Notes: a model not told the origin generated them from the letters alone. A stretch of DNA of 64,000 nt from Candidatus Poribacteria bacterium (GCA_963665235.2 CAXXLX010000001.1:3776001-3840000), one strand, 5' to 3'. Positions 8,350-20,494 are shown, counted from the stretch's first letter. Made by a program: numbers and translations.

Positions 8350-10554
8350 CTATTTAATGGCGGATGAAATAGGCACAATCCAGCCTGTTGTTTCTGCGGG
8401 TTTGTACGCATTATCGCGGAGATACGCTGAGGTGTACCATAAACAGAGATGTTTCCCATCGGGCATCCAGACGAGAGCGGTAAGCTCCAAAGCGGTGCGT
8501 GCAATCGGAAATTTCTTTCCGCTATCCATGTCGTAAATCCAGACCTTCCAGCGAATTCCTGCACAATCCTCCCGTTCCAAATATGCCAATAGGTTTCCCT
8601 TTGGGGACCACGCTGGTGCAGTATGTTTAAAAATCTTCGTTTTTGCCGATTTGTCAGCGATGTTTACAACGTGTATCCGTTTATCGAAAAATAGGTCACG
8701 CTTATTGCTCCCTGAAAGCACGTAGGCGAGCTGCGTGCCATCTGCGGACCAGCGGAGTTGATGTACATGTTGATATTGGGTGGGTATCTCTTTCACACGT
8801 TGCCCCGCTACGTTTTGAACACGGACACCAGCGTACGGAAACGTCCCGGCACTAGCCCGTTGCTGTGTTATACCAAACGCGACGTTATTTCCATCAGTTG
8901 ACCAGGCGGGTGCAGGTAAGTGGGTGTAAGCACGCCGGGGCTTTTTAAATGGCACGCGTGCAATAGTTTTACCGCCACTTCCGTCACTGTTGATGCGGTA
9001 GATGATATCGAACCCTTTTTCGCGCCATCTAAATATCAACTGATTGGCGGTTGGAGACCATGCAGCGCCTTCCCCTTTTACCAATCTTCTAGTGCGTCCG
9101 AGTTTCCAATCGAGGGTGTAGATGTACCGTTGCCGTTCTACTTCAACCTCATAAGCCAAAAGGCGGCTGTCAAGCGACCAAGAGATGTGCGGATTGAAAA
9201 ACTGTCCACTATGGAGTTTTCGTGCTTGTTTCCCTTCTTTGTCCATAATCCAGAGCTCATCGGCTTGCCAATAACTTCCACTCAGGTCGTGCCGGACCAG
9301 CATTGCGACGATTTGACCATCAGGGCTCCATTGCGGATATTCCGCGCCTGTAATCAATTGCAACGTTCGGGGGGTTTCACAGAAATTGGTATTGAACATG
9401 ACACCCGCAGTCTCTTCAAATTGGCCGATGGAGAATTTATCTATCCAAACGTTCTCCTTGTTCGGCAATTCTACCTGATACCAATCTGTTGTGGTTTGTA
9501 GAATAGACACGTTCATGCCGTCGTTAAGGCGGAATAGTGGCGTAGTTCCGGCTTTTTCCGCGTAGACCGGTGCATCGTCATGTGCGACAGTCCCGATGGG
9601 TCGGGTATCCGTTGAAGGGGGTGTGCTTTCTGTAACGTTCGCAAATGCGTAAACTTTGCCGTCGCCGGAGGTAACGTAGAGGATGCCATCGGAAATCGCT
9701 GGGGCTGCGTTAGCGAAACCGCCGGTCTGATGTGACCATACCTCCTCTTTAGATGCCACATTCAGCGCGTGGATGTTCCCATCGCGCGCGCCAATATAAA
9801 CGAAACCGTTCGCGATGATAGGGTAGCTCTGACTTCCAGCTGTGTAACCACGCCATATCTCCGCGTTGTGTTCTGGAAAAACCGGACGAAACTCCGCATT
9901 TGCACATCCGTATTCAACGCCTTCAATTCTGACTGTCCGTTTTCGCTCCGATTTAAGGGTGCCGTTTATCGCATCCAGCAGATATATGCGTGACGGAAAG
10001 GCACCGACATAAACTGTGCCCTTGGAAACAATCGGGGCTGTGGCGATCCACGTTTTTGTTTTGAACTGCCAAATAAAATCGCCTGTGGCTGCGTTGAGGG
10101 CATAGACGGTGTTGTTCCGTGTGCTGAAATAGACATATCCGCCAGAGACAGCGGCAGCTGTAGAGATAGGACTTTGGGCATTAAAAACCCATTTGATTTC
10201 CCATTTTTTGGCATTTAACGCGTAAAATTTACCGTCTGCAGAACCGATGTAAAGAATGTCGTTGACAATAACCGGTGAGGCTTCAAGCGGGCCTCCCGTT
10301 TTAAACTGCCATTGCAATTGCAGCGGCGGTTTGAGCCGCTTATCGGGGCTCTGTCCAGAAAACTGTAGGTCGTTCATGAACATAGGCCAATCCTCAACCC
10401 GCATAGGGGCGGCAGTGATGGGTGGACTGACCTCTGAGGTGCCCGCCTTTGGAGTCGGTGATGGTTTTTCTGACGGTTTTTGCTTGGTATCACAACCTAT
10501 CCCCAACACAAAACCTAACAGGACAACGAGGGTGAATTTTATAATTTGATTCAT
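8350..10554 (-). CDS. Lipoprotein with PQQ/BamB-type beta-propeller, SH3-like domain and TolB/PD40 propeller
   Basis: LGIGC lipobox; WPMF and YIGSADGKFYALNA repeats; DWYQVELP SH3; WSPDG repeats; start may be 10578. Confidence 0.8.
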   Translation of the reverse strand: MNQIIKFTLVVLLGFVLGIGCDTKQKPSEKPSPTPKAGTSEVSPPITAAPMRVEDWPMFMNDLQFSGQSPDKRLKPPLQLQWQFKTGGPLEASPVIVNDILYIGSADGKFYALNAKKWEIKWVFNAQSPISTAAAVSGGYVYFSTRNNTVYALNAATGDFIWQFKTKTWIATAPIVSKGTVYVGAFPSRIYLLDAINGTLKSERKRTVRIEGVEYGCANAEFRPVFPEHNAEIWRGYTAGSQSYPIIANGFVYIGARDGNIHALNVASKEEVWSHQTGGFANAAPAISDGILYVTSGDGKVYAFANVTESTPPSTDTRPIGTVAHDDAPVYAEKAGTTPLFRLNDGMNVSILQTTTDWYQVELPNKENVWIDKFSIGQFEETAGVMFNTNFCETPRTLQLITGAEYPQWSPDGQIVAMLVRHDLSGSYWQADELWIMDKEGKQARKLHSGQFFNPHISWSLDSRLLAYEVEVERQRYIYTLDWKLGRTRRLVKGEGAAWSPTANQLIFRWREKGFDIIYRINSDGSGGKTIARVPFKKPRRAYTHLPAPAWSTDGNNVAFGITQQRASAGTFPYAGVRVQNVAGQRVKEIPTQYQHVHQLRWSADGTQLAYVLSGSNKRDLFFDKRIHVVNIADKSAKTKIFKHTAPAWSPKGNLLAYLEREDCAGIRWKVWIYDMDSGKKFPIARTALELTALVWMPDGKHLCLWYTSAYLRDNAYKPAETTGWIVPISSAIK

Positions 10555-10732
10555 GATTTCATTAAAAGTAGTAGGCACACGCCATATTTTGTAGTGAAAG
10601 TAGATAGTAACGAAAATCCGTTACCATTAATATAACATGTGGCCGAATATATGTCAACTTTTCTTGAAATTGTAACGAATCTGTGTTAAAATTGGATTTT
10701 CACGAACCTATTTAAGACGTTTAAAATAAACG

Positions 10733-11998
10733 GTGGAAAGTATTATGAATAAATTATTGGCAGAAGTTGACCCACAGATTGTTGAGATTACTACCAGAGA
10801 CTTGGCACGTCAGCAAAATTCGCTGCAGATGATTCCATCGGAGAATTACGCGAGTCGGGCAGTTATGGAAATTCAGGGCAGTATCCTCGCCAATAAATAC
10901 GCTGAGGGGTACCCCGGTGAACGTTATTACAACGGCTGCGAGTTTATGGACAACGTGGAGTCGCTTGCAATTGAACGCGCAAAATCGCTGTTTGGGGCTG
11001 AACATGTGAACGTCCAGCCGCATGCGGGCACGCAGGCGAATATGGCAGCATATCACGCGCTACTTGAACCTGGGGACACTATCCTAGCGATGTCTCTCAG
11101 CCACGGCGGGCATCTGAGCCATGGGGATAAGGTCAATTTTTCCGGGCGGTATTACAATGTCATCAGTTATGGAGTAGACGCGGAAACGGAACGAATTGAC
11201 ATGGAGACGGTTTCACAGCTTGCCAAAACACACCATCCAAGGTTAATCGTTGTCGGGGCGACAGCGTATCCCCGTCAGTTCGATTTTAGCGAATGGCGAG
11301 AAGTTGCGGATTCTGTTGGGGCTTATCTGCTTGCTGATATTGCCCATATTGCTGGGCTTATCGCAGGCGACGCGCATCCCAATCCTGTTCCGTATAGCGA
11401 TGTTGTTACGACTACGACGCATAAGACTTTACGCGGTCCGAGAGGGGCGATGATAATGTGTAAATCGGAATACGCAGACAAAATCGATCGGGCGGTGTTT
11501 CCCGGTTTGCAAGGTGGGCCTTTTTTACATACAATTGCTGCAAGAGCCGTCGCTTTTAAAGAGGCGAGCGAACCGGCATTTAAAACGTATCAGGCACAAA
11601 TCGTTGAAAACGCAAAAGCCCTTGCAGGACGACTCGTCGAGAATGGATTCCGTTTGGTGAGTGGGGGAACTGATAATCATCTGATGCTGATAGATCTGAC
11701 CTCCAAGTACGAGAAATTGAGCGGCCGGCAAGCAGCGGACCACCTTGAGGATGCTGGAATTATTGTAAATAAGAACAGTATTCCGTTTGATAAAAGGAAA
11801 CCGCGGACGACAAGCGGTATCCGCCTCGGCACCCCGATGATTACAACGCGCGGGATGAAAGCGGATGAGATGGTGCAAGTTGCGGATTTTATCGCTGAGG
11901 CACTTGAGGGTAGACAGAAATCGGCTATCAAACGGGGTGTCCGGGCGAAAGTTGAAGAACTGTGTGCACAATTTCCGATTTATGAATATTTGAATTAG
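10733..11998 (+). CDS. glyA: Serine hydroxymethyltransferase
   Basis: [37 protein letters not shown]. Confidence 0.98.
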   Translation: MESIMNKLLAEVDPQIVEITTRDLARQQNSLQMIPSENYASRAVMEIQGSILANKYAEGYPGERYYNGCEFMDNVESLAIERAKSLFGAEHVNVQPHAGTQANMAAYHALLEPGDTILAMSLSHGGHLSHGDKVNFSGRYYNVISYGVDAETERIDMETVSQLAKTHHPRLIVVGATAYPRQFDFSEWREVADSVGAYLLADIAHIAGLIAGDAHPNPVPYSDVVTTTTHKTLRGPRGAMIMCKSEYADKIDRAVFPGLQGGPFLHTIAARAVAFKEASEPAFKTYQAQIVENAKALAGRLVENGFRLVSGGTDNHLMLIDLTSKYEKLSGRQAADHLEDAGIIVNKNSIPFDKRKPRTTSGIRLGTPMITTRGMKADEMVQVADFIAEALEGRQKSAIKRGVRAKVEELCAQFPIYEYLN

Positions 11999-12013
11999 AG
12001 GAGCCGGCACACA

Positions 12014-13423
12014 TTGAATTACGAAGCCGCCCTTGCTTATATCGACCAGTTCATTGACTACGAAAGAAGCCGGGAGTTTGCACGGCAGACACGTCTATAT
12101 AACCTTAACCGAATTTCTCAGCTGCTGGGCCTACTCGGCAATCCGCAAAATAGGATAAAGGTTATCCATATAGCCGGGAGCAAGGGGAAGGGCTCAACAG
12201 CGGCACTCATCGCATCAGTCCTCAGGTGTGCAGGTTACAAAACGGGGTTGTTTACATCGCCGCATCTTATCACACCGCGGGAACGTTGCCGTATTGATGG
12301 GCGTTTAATTTCAGAGGAAGATGTTACCTTATATATTCTTGAGAAATTGAAATCTGCGATTGAGACTGTGTCCGATTCTGAATTCGGGCGGGTCAGTTTT
12401 TTTGAGATATACACCGCGCTGGCCTTCTGTTATTTTGCGGACAAGGCGGTAGACTTCGCCGTTGTTGAGGTTGGATTGGGCGGACGACTGGACGCAACGA
12501 ATATCGTTAGTCCTGTAACAACGGTCATTACCCCGATTGGGCTGGAGCATACGGCTATATTGGGCGAAACGTACGCTGATATCGCGGCGGAGAAGGCGGA
12601 AATTATTAAAACTAAATGCCCGGTGGCTTTTGCACCACAACACCCGGAGGCACAAGCAGTTCTGGAAAATAGGGCAACAGCACGGAACGCACCAATTGTT
12701 TATACAGGTACAATTTATAACCGCCAGATGCTTGGCGGCACGGGGGATAACAACGATTTTATAGATGTCCAGAGGGGTTTTAATGGCGATACCTTTGTAG
12801 GACAACAGTTCGATTTGAATACCAAATCGGATAACTATTTAGGTCTCACCATTCCATTTTTAGGACAGCATCAACTCGTAAACGCCGCAACCGCCATTGC
12901 TGGAATTGAATGTCTGCTACAGCAAGGATATGACGTTCCGAAGCCGAGTATCTATGATGGATTCAAGCAGGTGCAGTGGCCAGGCCGTATGCAACTAATT
13001 CAGGCAACACCTACTGCCTCCTCAACGGTTTTGCTTGATGGTGCACATTCGCCTGTTTCGATGCAGGCGTTATGCCGTGCTATTCAGGAGAGTTTTCGTT
13101 ATGAACAGCTCATTTTTATTGTTAGTCTAATGCGAGATAAAGACCTCACGGCGATTGGCAAAATCATCTCACAAACTGCTGATTCTGTGATTGTTACGCA
13201 GGTGTCCGCTGATAACCCGCGGGTGATGCCTGCTGAAACGATACGGGATGCTTGGGAGGACATATCTAAGAAGGTTACGGTGTGTCCAACCCCTGAAAAG
13301 GCGATTGCAACGGCTCTAACGTCCGCGTTGCCAGGCACACTTGTCTGCATCACAGGTTCACTCTATCTCGTCGGGGAGGCACTCAAGATATTTGGTTTTG
13401 AGGGGAGTCAAGACAGGATTTAA
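12014..13423 (+). CDS. folC: Folylpolyglutamate synthase/dihydrofolate synthase
   Basis: HIAGSKGKGS, TSPHL, EVGLGGRLDATN, WPGR, LDGAH, TGSLYLVG. Confidence 0.96.
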   Translation: MNYEAALAYIDQFIDYERSREFARQTRLYNLNRISQLLGLLGNPQNRIKVIHIAGSKGKGSTAALIASVLRCAGYKTGLFTSPHLITPRERCRIDGRLISEEDVTLYILEKLKSAIETVSDSEFGRVSFFEIYTALAFCYFADKAVDFAVVEVGLGGRLDATNIVSPVTTVITPIGLEHTAILGETYADIAAEKAEIIKTKCPVAFAPQHPEAQAVLENRATARNAPIVYTGTIYNRQMLGGTGDNNDFIDVQRGFNGDTFVGQQFDLNTKSDNYLGLTIPFLGQHQLVNAATAIAGIECLLQQGYDVPKPSIYDGFKQVQWPGRMQLIQATPTASSTVLLDGAHSPVSMQALCRAIQESFRYEQLIFIVSLMRDKDLTAIGKIISQTADSVIVTQVSADNPRVMPAETIRDAWEDISKKVTVCPTPEKAIATALTSALPGTLVCITGSLYLVGEALKIFGFEGSQDRI

Positions 13424-13546
13424 ATTGGTTATTGGAAACCATTGGCGATTAGCAATAGGTCTCTGAGGCGTGTCGAAAACTTGCTTAGAATCAAGAACGC
13501 TTGCTATTTGCTATTTGCCATTTTACAGTTGGGTTGAACGCTGAGG

Positions 13547-13702
13547 AATCCATAAGTGTCAATTTAAATCTATAAACATATCGCCCCTACGGGGCTTAGT
13601 CTGGCCGAGGTGTGGTGTTTTCTATAAACATATCGTCCCTACGGGACTGAAGAGCTTTAGTCCTATTCGGACGAAAAATTCTTAAGTTGACACTTACGGA
13701 TT
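13547..13702. mobile_element. MITE family D (AATCCRTAAGTGTCAAYTTAA inverted ends) carrying two CTATAAA..CCCTACGGG hairpin units
   Basis: 21-bp inverted repeat with 2 mismatches at both ends. Confidence 0.7.
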
Positions 13703-14092
13703 GAACGAAAAGAAATTCGACATCTTATCATTTTACTAAACTTTGGACAATTTTAGGGAGGCACAACGTTCTGGTCAAACGGATAGGTGGAAGGTTGGAA
13801 GGTTGGAAGGGTGGAAGCGGGGAAGAGGGTTTTGACGCGCAGCAGAGATATGCTTAGCATCACAACCTTCTTGCTAACTGCCAACTGCCAACGGGTTCCA
13901 ACATTCTATAAACATTCCGGCCCGCTGTGGAAACCGCCCTTTGGAAGACCCATCGGCGGAAACCATTTTTCTCTTCTTTGTCCTTGTGTGAGGCACTTAG
14001 AGAAAAATCAGAGAGGCTTTGAAAGCGGGGATTCGGCTCACGGATATTGTCCAAACTATAGTATCATTTTACAAAAAGCGAGGTTGTTTTTA

Positions 14093-16435
14093 ATGCATGA
14101 AATCAAGTATAAAAGGGGGTGGCTGTATTTGAAAACATTTTTAGTATCCCTATTTGGGATACATTTGGCCCCCCTTGCTTTTGCACAAACAGAGGCACAA
14201 ACAAAATCTTTTGAATCTATACCGCTAATGTGGTGGATTGCACCGATCGGGTCGCTTATCGCTCTGGGATTTGCCTATTACTTCTATCGTTCGGTGATGA
14301 AACAGGACGAAGGCAACGAAACAATGCAGGAAATTGCGCAAGCCGTGCGTGACGGTGCGATGGCATACCTGAAACAGCAATACAAAGTGGTAGGCATTGT
14401 TTTCGCTATACTCTGCCTCATCTTTATCTTTATGGCTTTTGTTCTTAAGGCACAAAACGAGATTATTCCGTTTGCCTTTCTCACTGGTGGGTTTTTCTCT
14501 GGGCTCTGCGGTTTTCTGGGCATGAAGACAGCAACGAACGCCTCCGCCCGGACGACAAGTGCTGCGATGAAAGGCCTTGACGCGGGGTTAAAGGTTTCCT
14601 TTCGCGCTGGCGCAGTGATGGGATTGATAGTTGTCGGCTTCGCGCTGCTTGACATAACCGCATGGTTTTTCGCGCTCTACCACCTCTTTCCGAAAGGGAC
14701 GAACCCGCTGCCTCAGATTACCGTAATTATGCTGAGCTTCGGTATGGGGGCATCGACGCAAGCACTGTTTGCTCGTGTCGGCGGTGGAATTTATACGAAA
14801 GCAGCAGATGTTGGGGCTGACCTCGTCGGCAAGGTTGAAGCCGGCATTCCAGAAGATGACCCGCGGAATCCGGCTGTCATTGCGGATAACGTCGGCGATA
14901 ATGTCGGCGATGTGGCAGGTATGGGCGCGGATCTTTACGAATCTTACGCCGGTTCTATCCTTGCGACTGCTGCCCTTGGGGTTGCAGCCGTTGCTGCCAC
15001 AGACCACGAGAACATAGCCCTTCAGTTGAAATATCTGTCAGCTCCGATGATTATCGCCGGTATAGGTGTGATTCTCTCTATTTTAGGTATCTATATGGTA
15101 CGGACAAAAGAGGGGGCATCCATGAAGCAGTTGATGAGTTCGTTGAATTTCGGCATCAACGGAAGTGCAATCGGCATTGCTGTCGTGTCGCTTCCTGTGC
15201 TTATCTATCTCGACCTTCCAAACAAATGGCAGGTTTGGGGAGCAATTGTGACGGGTCTTGTGGCGGGCTTGATTATCGGTAAAGTCACCGAAATCTTTAC
15301 CTCCCACGATTACAAACCGACACGTGCGATTGCGAAGCAGTCCGAAACCGGGCCGGCAACTGTCATCATTGAAGGGATTGCTGTCGGCATGGAATCCACA
15401 GCGATTCCTGTGCTCACGATTATTGCTGCAGTTGCTATTAGCTACTACTTGCCCGGTGGGGCGAGTGAACCGCTCATGGGGCTTTACGGTGTTGGCATTG
15501 CTGCTGTCGGGATGCTTGCTACACTCGGTATTACGTTGGCTACCGATGCTTACGGGCCCATCGCTGACAATGCTGGCGGAAATGCGGAAATGGCGAAGCT
15601 TGATGAAAGCGTTCGCGGCCGCACCGATCAGTTAGATGCACTTGGTAATACGACCGCTGCAACCGGGAAAGGGTTCGCTATCGGTTCGGCAGCACTCACG
15701 GCACTTGCACTCTTGGCTGCCTACCTAGAAGAAATCCGATACGGGTTAATTCATCTGGCAAACCAGACAGAATTGAGCATCCCCGGTGAAGGGACAGTGG
15801 AAACAGTCAAGGTGACGGTGAGTCAATTTATGGATTATTACAATGTCACCCTGATGAATCCGCAAGTGCTAATCGGTTTATTTATTGGGGCTGTGATGGC
15901 GTTTTACTTCTGTGCCTTGACGATGAAAGCTGTCGGCCGTGCTGCTGCAGCGATGGTAGAGGAGGTCCGTCGTCAATTTAGAGAAAAACCGGGTATTATG
16001 GCAGGTGAGGAAAAACCGGATTACCCGCGCTGTGTAGAAATCTCAACGGTTGGTGCGCAGCGGGAGATGATTTTTCCCTCCCTTATTGCCATTGTCGTGC
16101 CGGTTGTTGTTGGATTGATTTTCAATGTGGCGGGTGTGTTGGGTTTACTTGCTGGCGGACTGGCAACAGGCTTCGTACTCGCGATTATGATGGCGAACGC
16201 GGGCGGTGCATGGGATAACGCCAAAAAGTTTATTGAATTAGGGGAATTCGGTGGTAAAGGCTCCGAGCAGCACAAAGCGACTGTTGTGGGCGATACCGTC
16301 GGCGACCCGTTCAAAGATACTTCAGGCCCTTCGCTTAATATTCTAATTAAGTTGATGTCCATGGTCTCTGTGGTGTTTGCTGGCCTTATTGCGAAATATG
16401 GTGGTGTGCTCAGCAGTTTGCTCGGCATACAATAA
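14093..16435 (+). CDS. hppA: Membrane-bound Na+/H+-translocating pyrophosphatase (K+-dependent type)
   Basis: [26 protein letters not shown] (Ala at the K+ determinant), [10 protein letters not shown]; the ORF extension to 13787 lies in repeats. Confidence 0.95.
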   Translation: MHEIKYKRGWLYLKTFLVSLFGIHLAPLAFAQTEAQTKSFESIPLMWWIAPIGSLIALGFAYYFYRSVMKQDEGNETMQEIAQAVRDGAMAYLKQQYKVVGIVFAILCLIFIFMAFVLKAQNEIIPFAFLTGGFFSGLCGFLGMKTATNASARTTSAAMKGLDAGLKVSFRAGAVMGLIVVGFALLDITAWFFALYHLFPKGTNPLPQITVIMLSFGMGASTQALFARVGGGIYTKAADVGADLVGKVEAGIPEDDPRNPAVIADNVGDNVGDVAGMGADLYESYAGSILATAALGVAAVAATDHENIALQLKYLSAPMIIAGIGVILSILGIYMVRTKEGASMKQLMSSLNFGINGSAIGIAVVSLPVLIYLDLPNKWQVWGAIVTGLVAGLIIGKVTEIFTSHDYKPTRAIAKQSETGPATVIIEGIAVGMESTAIPVLTIIAAVAISYYLPGGASEPLMGLYGVGIAAVGMLATLGITLATDAYGPIADNAGGNAEMAKLDESVRGRTDQLDALGNTTAATGKGFAIGSAALTALALLAAYLEEIRYGLIHLANQTELSIPGEGTVETVKVTVSQFMDYYNVTLMNPQVLIGLFIGAVMAFYFCALTMKAVGRAAAAMVEEVRRQFREKPGIMAGEEKPDYPRCVEISTVGAQREMIFPSLIAIVVPVVVGLIFNVAGVLGLLAGGLATGFVLAIMMANAGGAWDNAKKFIELGEFGGKGSEQHKATVVGDTVGDPFKDTSGPSLNILIKLMSMVSVVFAGLIAKYGGVLSSLLGIQ

Positions 16436-16682
16436 AAAAGGGAGTAGGCATACACAGAATGCGGTTCAACCCACATAATGAAATTAGAGAGTGCAACCGC
16501 ATAATTTTTCATTGCACAAACTAAGTTTTTAAGGTATCCTTATAGGATAAAGTAGGGTTCCAGGTTAATCAACCCCGTTTTGTAAACCTTATTTTCAAAC
16601 TCACGTTATTAAGAAAACTAATATGTAGGAGCGATTTTCCAATCGCGACTGCCGAAAACTGACAACAAAAAGGAGTTTTAAC

Positions 16683-17264
16683 ATGTTATTTCAAAAAATA
16701 GGTAGAGTAGCACTCTGCCTCCTGATTGCCCTATTCGTAATAGGATGTGAGCAGATGAACATTATGAACGGAACTGGCAATGGTAATGGTGATGATGACA
16801 GTGTCTCTGTTACACCCGGGGATGTCCCGGACGATGACACCAAATTGGTTGGAAATGTCGTCATTTTGACTGGGGACGATGATGTCGATGATATCGATCA
16901 GTATGGCGGCGATGTTTTTGATTTCAATAGTGCGACAATAGAAGGTGACACCCTTACAGTCGCTGTATCGTACGGCGGGGGTTGTGAAACACACACATTC
17001 ACCCTCCTTGCGGAACCTGAGTTCGATACTGAATTTCCCGGTGGTCCTGCAATCGGTTTCTCAATTGCTCACAATGCCAACGGTGATATGTGTCAGCGAT
17101 GGGTAGAAGAATCGTATCACTTCGATCTTACGCCAATTAAACAGAAATATCAGGCGGAACACGCGGCCGCGGGAGCTATTCGCCTATTAATAGCAGCCGA
17201 TCCGACTGTCACTTTCTCTCAGGGTGCTCCCCCTACCGATCTGACCTACAGTTTTTCAGAGTAG
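16683..17264 (+). CDS. Acidic lipoprotein, tandem paralog 1 (YGGGC...HNANGDxC domain, NigD-C-like)
   Basis: VIGC lipobox, AGGAG SD, strong similarity to 17439..18029. Confidence 0.75.
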   Translation: MLFQKIGRVALCLLIALFVIGCEQMNIMNGTGNGNGDDDSVSVTPGDVPDDDTKLVGNVVILTGDDDVDDIDQYGGDVFDFNSATIEGDTLTVAVSYGGGCETHTFTLLAEPEFDTEFPGGPAIGFSIAHNANGDMCQRWVEESYHFDLTPIKQKYQAEHAAAGAIRLLIAADPTVTFSQGAPPTDLTYSFSE

Positions 17265-17299
17265 CTCAACTGTCAACAACGTGCCAGCTACGACATAAC

Positions 17300-17336
17300 A
17301 GCAGGTGCCCGCTACTATCATAAGTGGGAACCTGCT
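17300..17336. terminator. Hairpin after lipoprotein gene (terminator or REP); duplicated at 18051-18089
   Basis: agcaggtgccc...gggaacctgct inverted repeat. Confidence 0.5.
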
Positions 17337-17438
17337 ACTATTGCCAAGGGATTAAGGTATACTATTAAGAACATTAATTTACAGGAAGCGAGCTTCCGAG
17401 CGCGACTGCTGAAAACTGACAACAAAAGGAATTTCAAC

Positions 17439-18029
17439 ATGTTATTTGAAAAGATAGGTAGAGTAGCACTCTGTCTCCTGGTCGTCCTATTCGTAATAGG
17501 ATGTGAAAAGACGCCCACTAAAATTATAGATGAAACTGACAATGACGATGATGACACTGTCTCTGTTACCCCTGGGGATCTCCCGGACGATGATACCAAA
17601 TTGGTTGGAAATGTCGTCATTTTGACTGGGAACGATGCGGTCGATGATATCGATCAGTATGGCGGCGATACTTTTGATTTCAATAGTGCGAAAATAGAAG
17701 GTGACACGCTTACAGTTGCTGTATCGTACGGTGGGGGTTGTGAAACACACGTATTCACCCTCCTTGTGGAACCCGACTTCATTCCTGACTTCACCGACGA
17801 TGGACCTGGAATCGGTTTCTCAATTTTTCATAATGCCAACGGTGATGCCTGTGAGGCATGGTTAACTGAATCGTATCACTTTGATCTTACGTCAATTAAA
17901 GAGAAGTATCAAGCGGAATACAATCAGGATGCAGGAGCTATTAGCCTATTACTAGCAGCCGATGCGACTGTCAAATTCCCACAGGGTGCCCCCCTCCCTA
18001 CTGATCTTGTCTACGAATTTACAGAGTAG
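17439..18029 (+). CDS. Acidic lipoprotein, tandem paralog 2
   Basis: Same signal peptide and core as 16683..17264. Confidence 0.75.
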   Translation: MLFEKIGRVALCLLVVLFVIGCEKTPTKIIDETDNDDDDTVSVTPGDLPDDDTKLVGNVVILTGNDAVDDIDQYGGDTFDFNSAKIEGDTLTVAVSYGGGCETHVFTLLVEPDFIPDFTDDGPGIGFSIFHNANGDACEAWLTESYHFDLTSIKEKYQAEYNQDAGAISLLLAADATVKFPQGAPLPTDLVYEFTE

Positions 18030-18118
18030 TTCAGCCCAGCTACCGGATAACAGCAGGTCCCCGCTCCTATCATAAGTGGGCACCTGCTGCTATTGCAATT
18101 GTTAGGAAAATAGAATTA

Positions 18119-19798
18119 ATGTCAAATACACTGAAACCTCGAAGTTCTGTGATTACGGATGGGCCTGACCGCGCCGCCGCGCGGACCATGCTTATGTTCG
18201 GCGATGGTGGCTTGTCACCAGAAGACCTTGACAAACCGATTATCGGGGTTGCCAATACATGGATTGAGATCGGCCCTTGTAACTTCCACTTGAGACGGCT
18301 GGCTGCGAAGGTCAAACAGGGCATTCGCGATGCTGGCGGTACACCGCTTGAATTCAACACTGTCAGTATTTCCGACGGTATCACAATGGGAACAGAGGGC
18401 ATGAAAACCTCACTTATCAGCCGGGAAGTCATTGCGGATTCCATTGAGCTGGTTTCCATCGGCAACATGTTTGATGCTGTTGTCGCGCTTTGTGGTTGCG
18501 ATAAGACTGTTCCCGGCACCGTTATGGCCTTGGCACGTTTGGACGTTCCCTCCCTTACGCTCTACGGCGGTTCAATTATGCCGGGCAATTTTCAGGGACG
18601 CGATGTCACTATTCAAGATGTTTTTGAAGCAGTTGGGCAGCATGCCGAAGGCAGCATCACCGTCGAAGAATTGGACGACCTGATTAGCAAAGGGTGCCCT
18701 GGCCCCGGTGCATGCGGGGGACAGTTCACCGCGAACACAATGGCGACGGCTGTTGAGATGTTAGGTATTGCACCGATGGGAAGCGGAAGTGTCCCTGCTG
18801 TGGCAGACGAAAAAGATAAGGAGGCGTACAAAGCGGGCCAGCTTGTTATGGAGATGCTCGCAGCTGATCGCCGCCCGAGTCAAATTATCACACGCAAGTC
18901 GCTTGAAAACGCTATTACCTCGGTTGCTGCTACAGGCGGCTCTACGAACGGGGTTTTACATCTCCTTGCGATTGCACATGAGGCGCAAATTCCGTTGGCA
19001 CTTGAGGATTTTCATACAATTAGCCAAAGAACCCCAGTACTGGCAGATCTGAAGCCCGGTGGACAGTTTGTCGCCACCGATTTGTATGAAGCGGGGGGTA
19101 TTCCGTTCCTAGCGAAACGGCTTGCGGAAGCTGATTTGCTCCACACCGAGGAGCTGACTGTTACAGGAAAAACTATCGGGGCAGAGGCAAATGCCGCCAC
19201 TGAAACGGAAGGACAACAGGTTGTTAGGCCGGTAGATGCGCCACTCAAACCGACCGGCGGGTTTGCTATCCTGAGAGGTAACCTTGCACCGGATGGCTGT
19301 GTTATCAAGCTGGCGGGGCAGGATAAAACGCTCCATCGTGGACCGGCGCGTATTTTTGAACGCGAAGAGGACACCTTCGCTGCCATTAAAGGTGGCAAAA
19401 TTCAGCCTGGGGATGTTGTCGTTATCCGTTATGAGGGCCCTACGGGAGGGCCGGGGATGCGTGAGATGTTAGGGGTGACGGCTGCAATTGTCGGGGCAGG
19501 TTTAAGTGAAGATGTGGCACTCTTGACCGATGGCAGATTCTCCGGGGCAACCCACGGTTTTATGATTTGTCATGTCGCGCCTGAAGCCGCTACGGGGGGA
19601 CCTATTGCTATTCTTCAGGAGGGGGACGAAATCGTGATCGACGCGGCAGCACGCCGACTTGACGTTGTGCTCTCCGATGCTGAAATCCAAGCGCGTTTTG
19701 CGAAATGGACACCGCCTGAACCTCGCTATACACGGGGTGTCATGGCGAAATACGCTAACTCGGTTTCGTCTGCATCTGAAGGGGCGGTAACAGGATAA
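18119..19798 (+). CDS. ilvD: Dihydroxy-acid dehydratase
   Basis: [50 protein letters not shown]. Confidence 0.97.
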   Translation: MSNTLKPRSSVITDGPDRAAARTMLMFGDGGLSPEDLDKPIIGVANTWIEIGPCNFHLRRLAAKVKQGIRDAGGTPLEFNTVSISDGITMGTEGMKTSLISREVIADSIELVSIGNMFDAVVALCGCDKTVPGTVMALARLDVPSLTLYGGSIMPGNFQGRDVTIQDVFEAVGQHAEGSITVEELDDLISKGCPGPGACGGQFTANTMATAVEMLGIAPMGSGSVPAVADEKDKEAYKAGQLVMEMLAADRRPSQIITRKSLENAITSVAATGGSTNGVLHLLAIAHEAQIPLALEDFHTISQRTPVLADLKPGGQFVATDLYEAGGIPFLAKRLAEADLLHTEELTVTGKTIGAEANAATETEGQQVVRPVDAPLKPTGGFAILRGNLAPDGCVIKLAGQDKTLHRGPARIFEREEDTFAAIKGGKIQPGDVVVIRYEGPTGGPGMREMLGVTAAIVGAGLSEDVALLTDGRFSGATHGFMICHVAPEAATGGPIAILQEGDEIVIDAAARRLDVVLSDAEIQARFAKWTPPEPRYTRGVMAKYANSVSSASEGAVTG

Positions 19799-19853
19799 AG
19801 GGCGCGCCGCATGTTCAGTGAGCTTGATAATAAATGTCCGCTTGCACTAACCT

Positions 19854-20340
19854 CTATAAATATATCGTCCCTACGGGACTAAGACCCCGCGGAAACCGAT
19901 GCTTCTATAAATATATCGTCCCTACGGGACTAAGACCCCGCGGAAACCGATGCTTCTATAAATATATCGTCCCTACGGGACTAAGACCCCGCGGAAACCG
20001 ATGCTTCTATAAATATATCGTCCCTACGGGACTAAGACCCCGCGGAAACCGATGCTTCTATAAATATATCGTCCCTACGGGACTAAGACCCCGCGGAAAC
20101 CGATGCTTCTATAAATATATCGTCCCTACGGGACTAAGACCCCGCGGAAACCGATGCTTCTATAAATATATCGTCCCTACGGGACTAAGACCCCGCGGAA
20201 ACCGATGCTTCTATAAATATATCGTCCCTACGGGACTAAGACCCCGCGGAAACCGATGCTTCTATAAATATATCGTCCCTACGGGACTAAGACCCCGCGG
20301 AAACCGATGCTTCTATAAATATATCGTCCCTATGGGACTA
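19854..20340 (+). repeat. Tandem array of 51-bp units (10 copies of the 28-bp hairpin CTATAAATATATCGTCCCTACGGGACTA with identical linkers) inside a family B MITE (about 19818-20470)
   Basis: Unit starts at 19854+51n up to 20313; MITE B ends gtgagcttgataat and ttcaaactcacgtt. Confidence 0.95.
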
Positions 20341-20494
20341 ACCAGTATTCGGGCAAGCAGGACGACAAGGGTCGCGGGGTCTCAATGATGAGATTGACTA
20401 TGGGACTAACCAGTATTCGGGCAACCAGCCCGCTCTTCATACTAGGGAAAACTTTTTTCAAACTCACGTTTTATAGATGTATATATGTTCCTTT

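Noticed and set aside
13787-14092. N-terminal extension of HppA
   Set aside because: It runs through 8-mer repeats and dispersed elements; the plausible start is 14093 or slightly later
19854-20340. CRISPR array
   Set aside because: Spacers are identical within the array, no cas genes are present, and the array lies inside MITE ends. The same applies to 59564 and the 32-bp arrays.
19834-20388. 184-aa repeat protein (YKYIVPTGLRPRGNRCF)n, and the similar ORF at 27157..27348
   Set aside because: Open only because the 51-bp unit is a multiple of 3. The sister array has 47-50-bp units and there is no SD.
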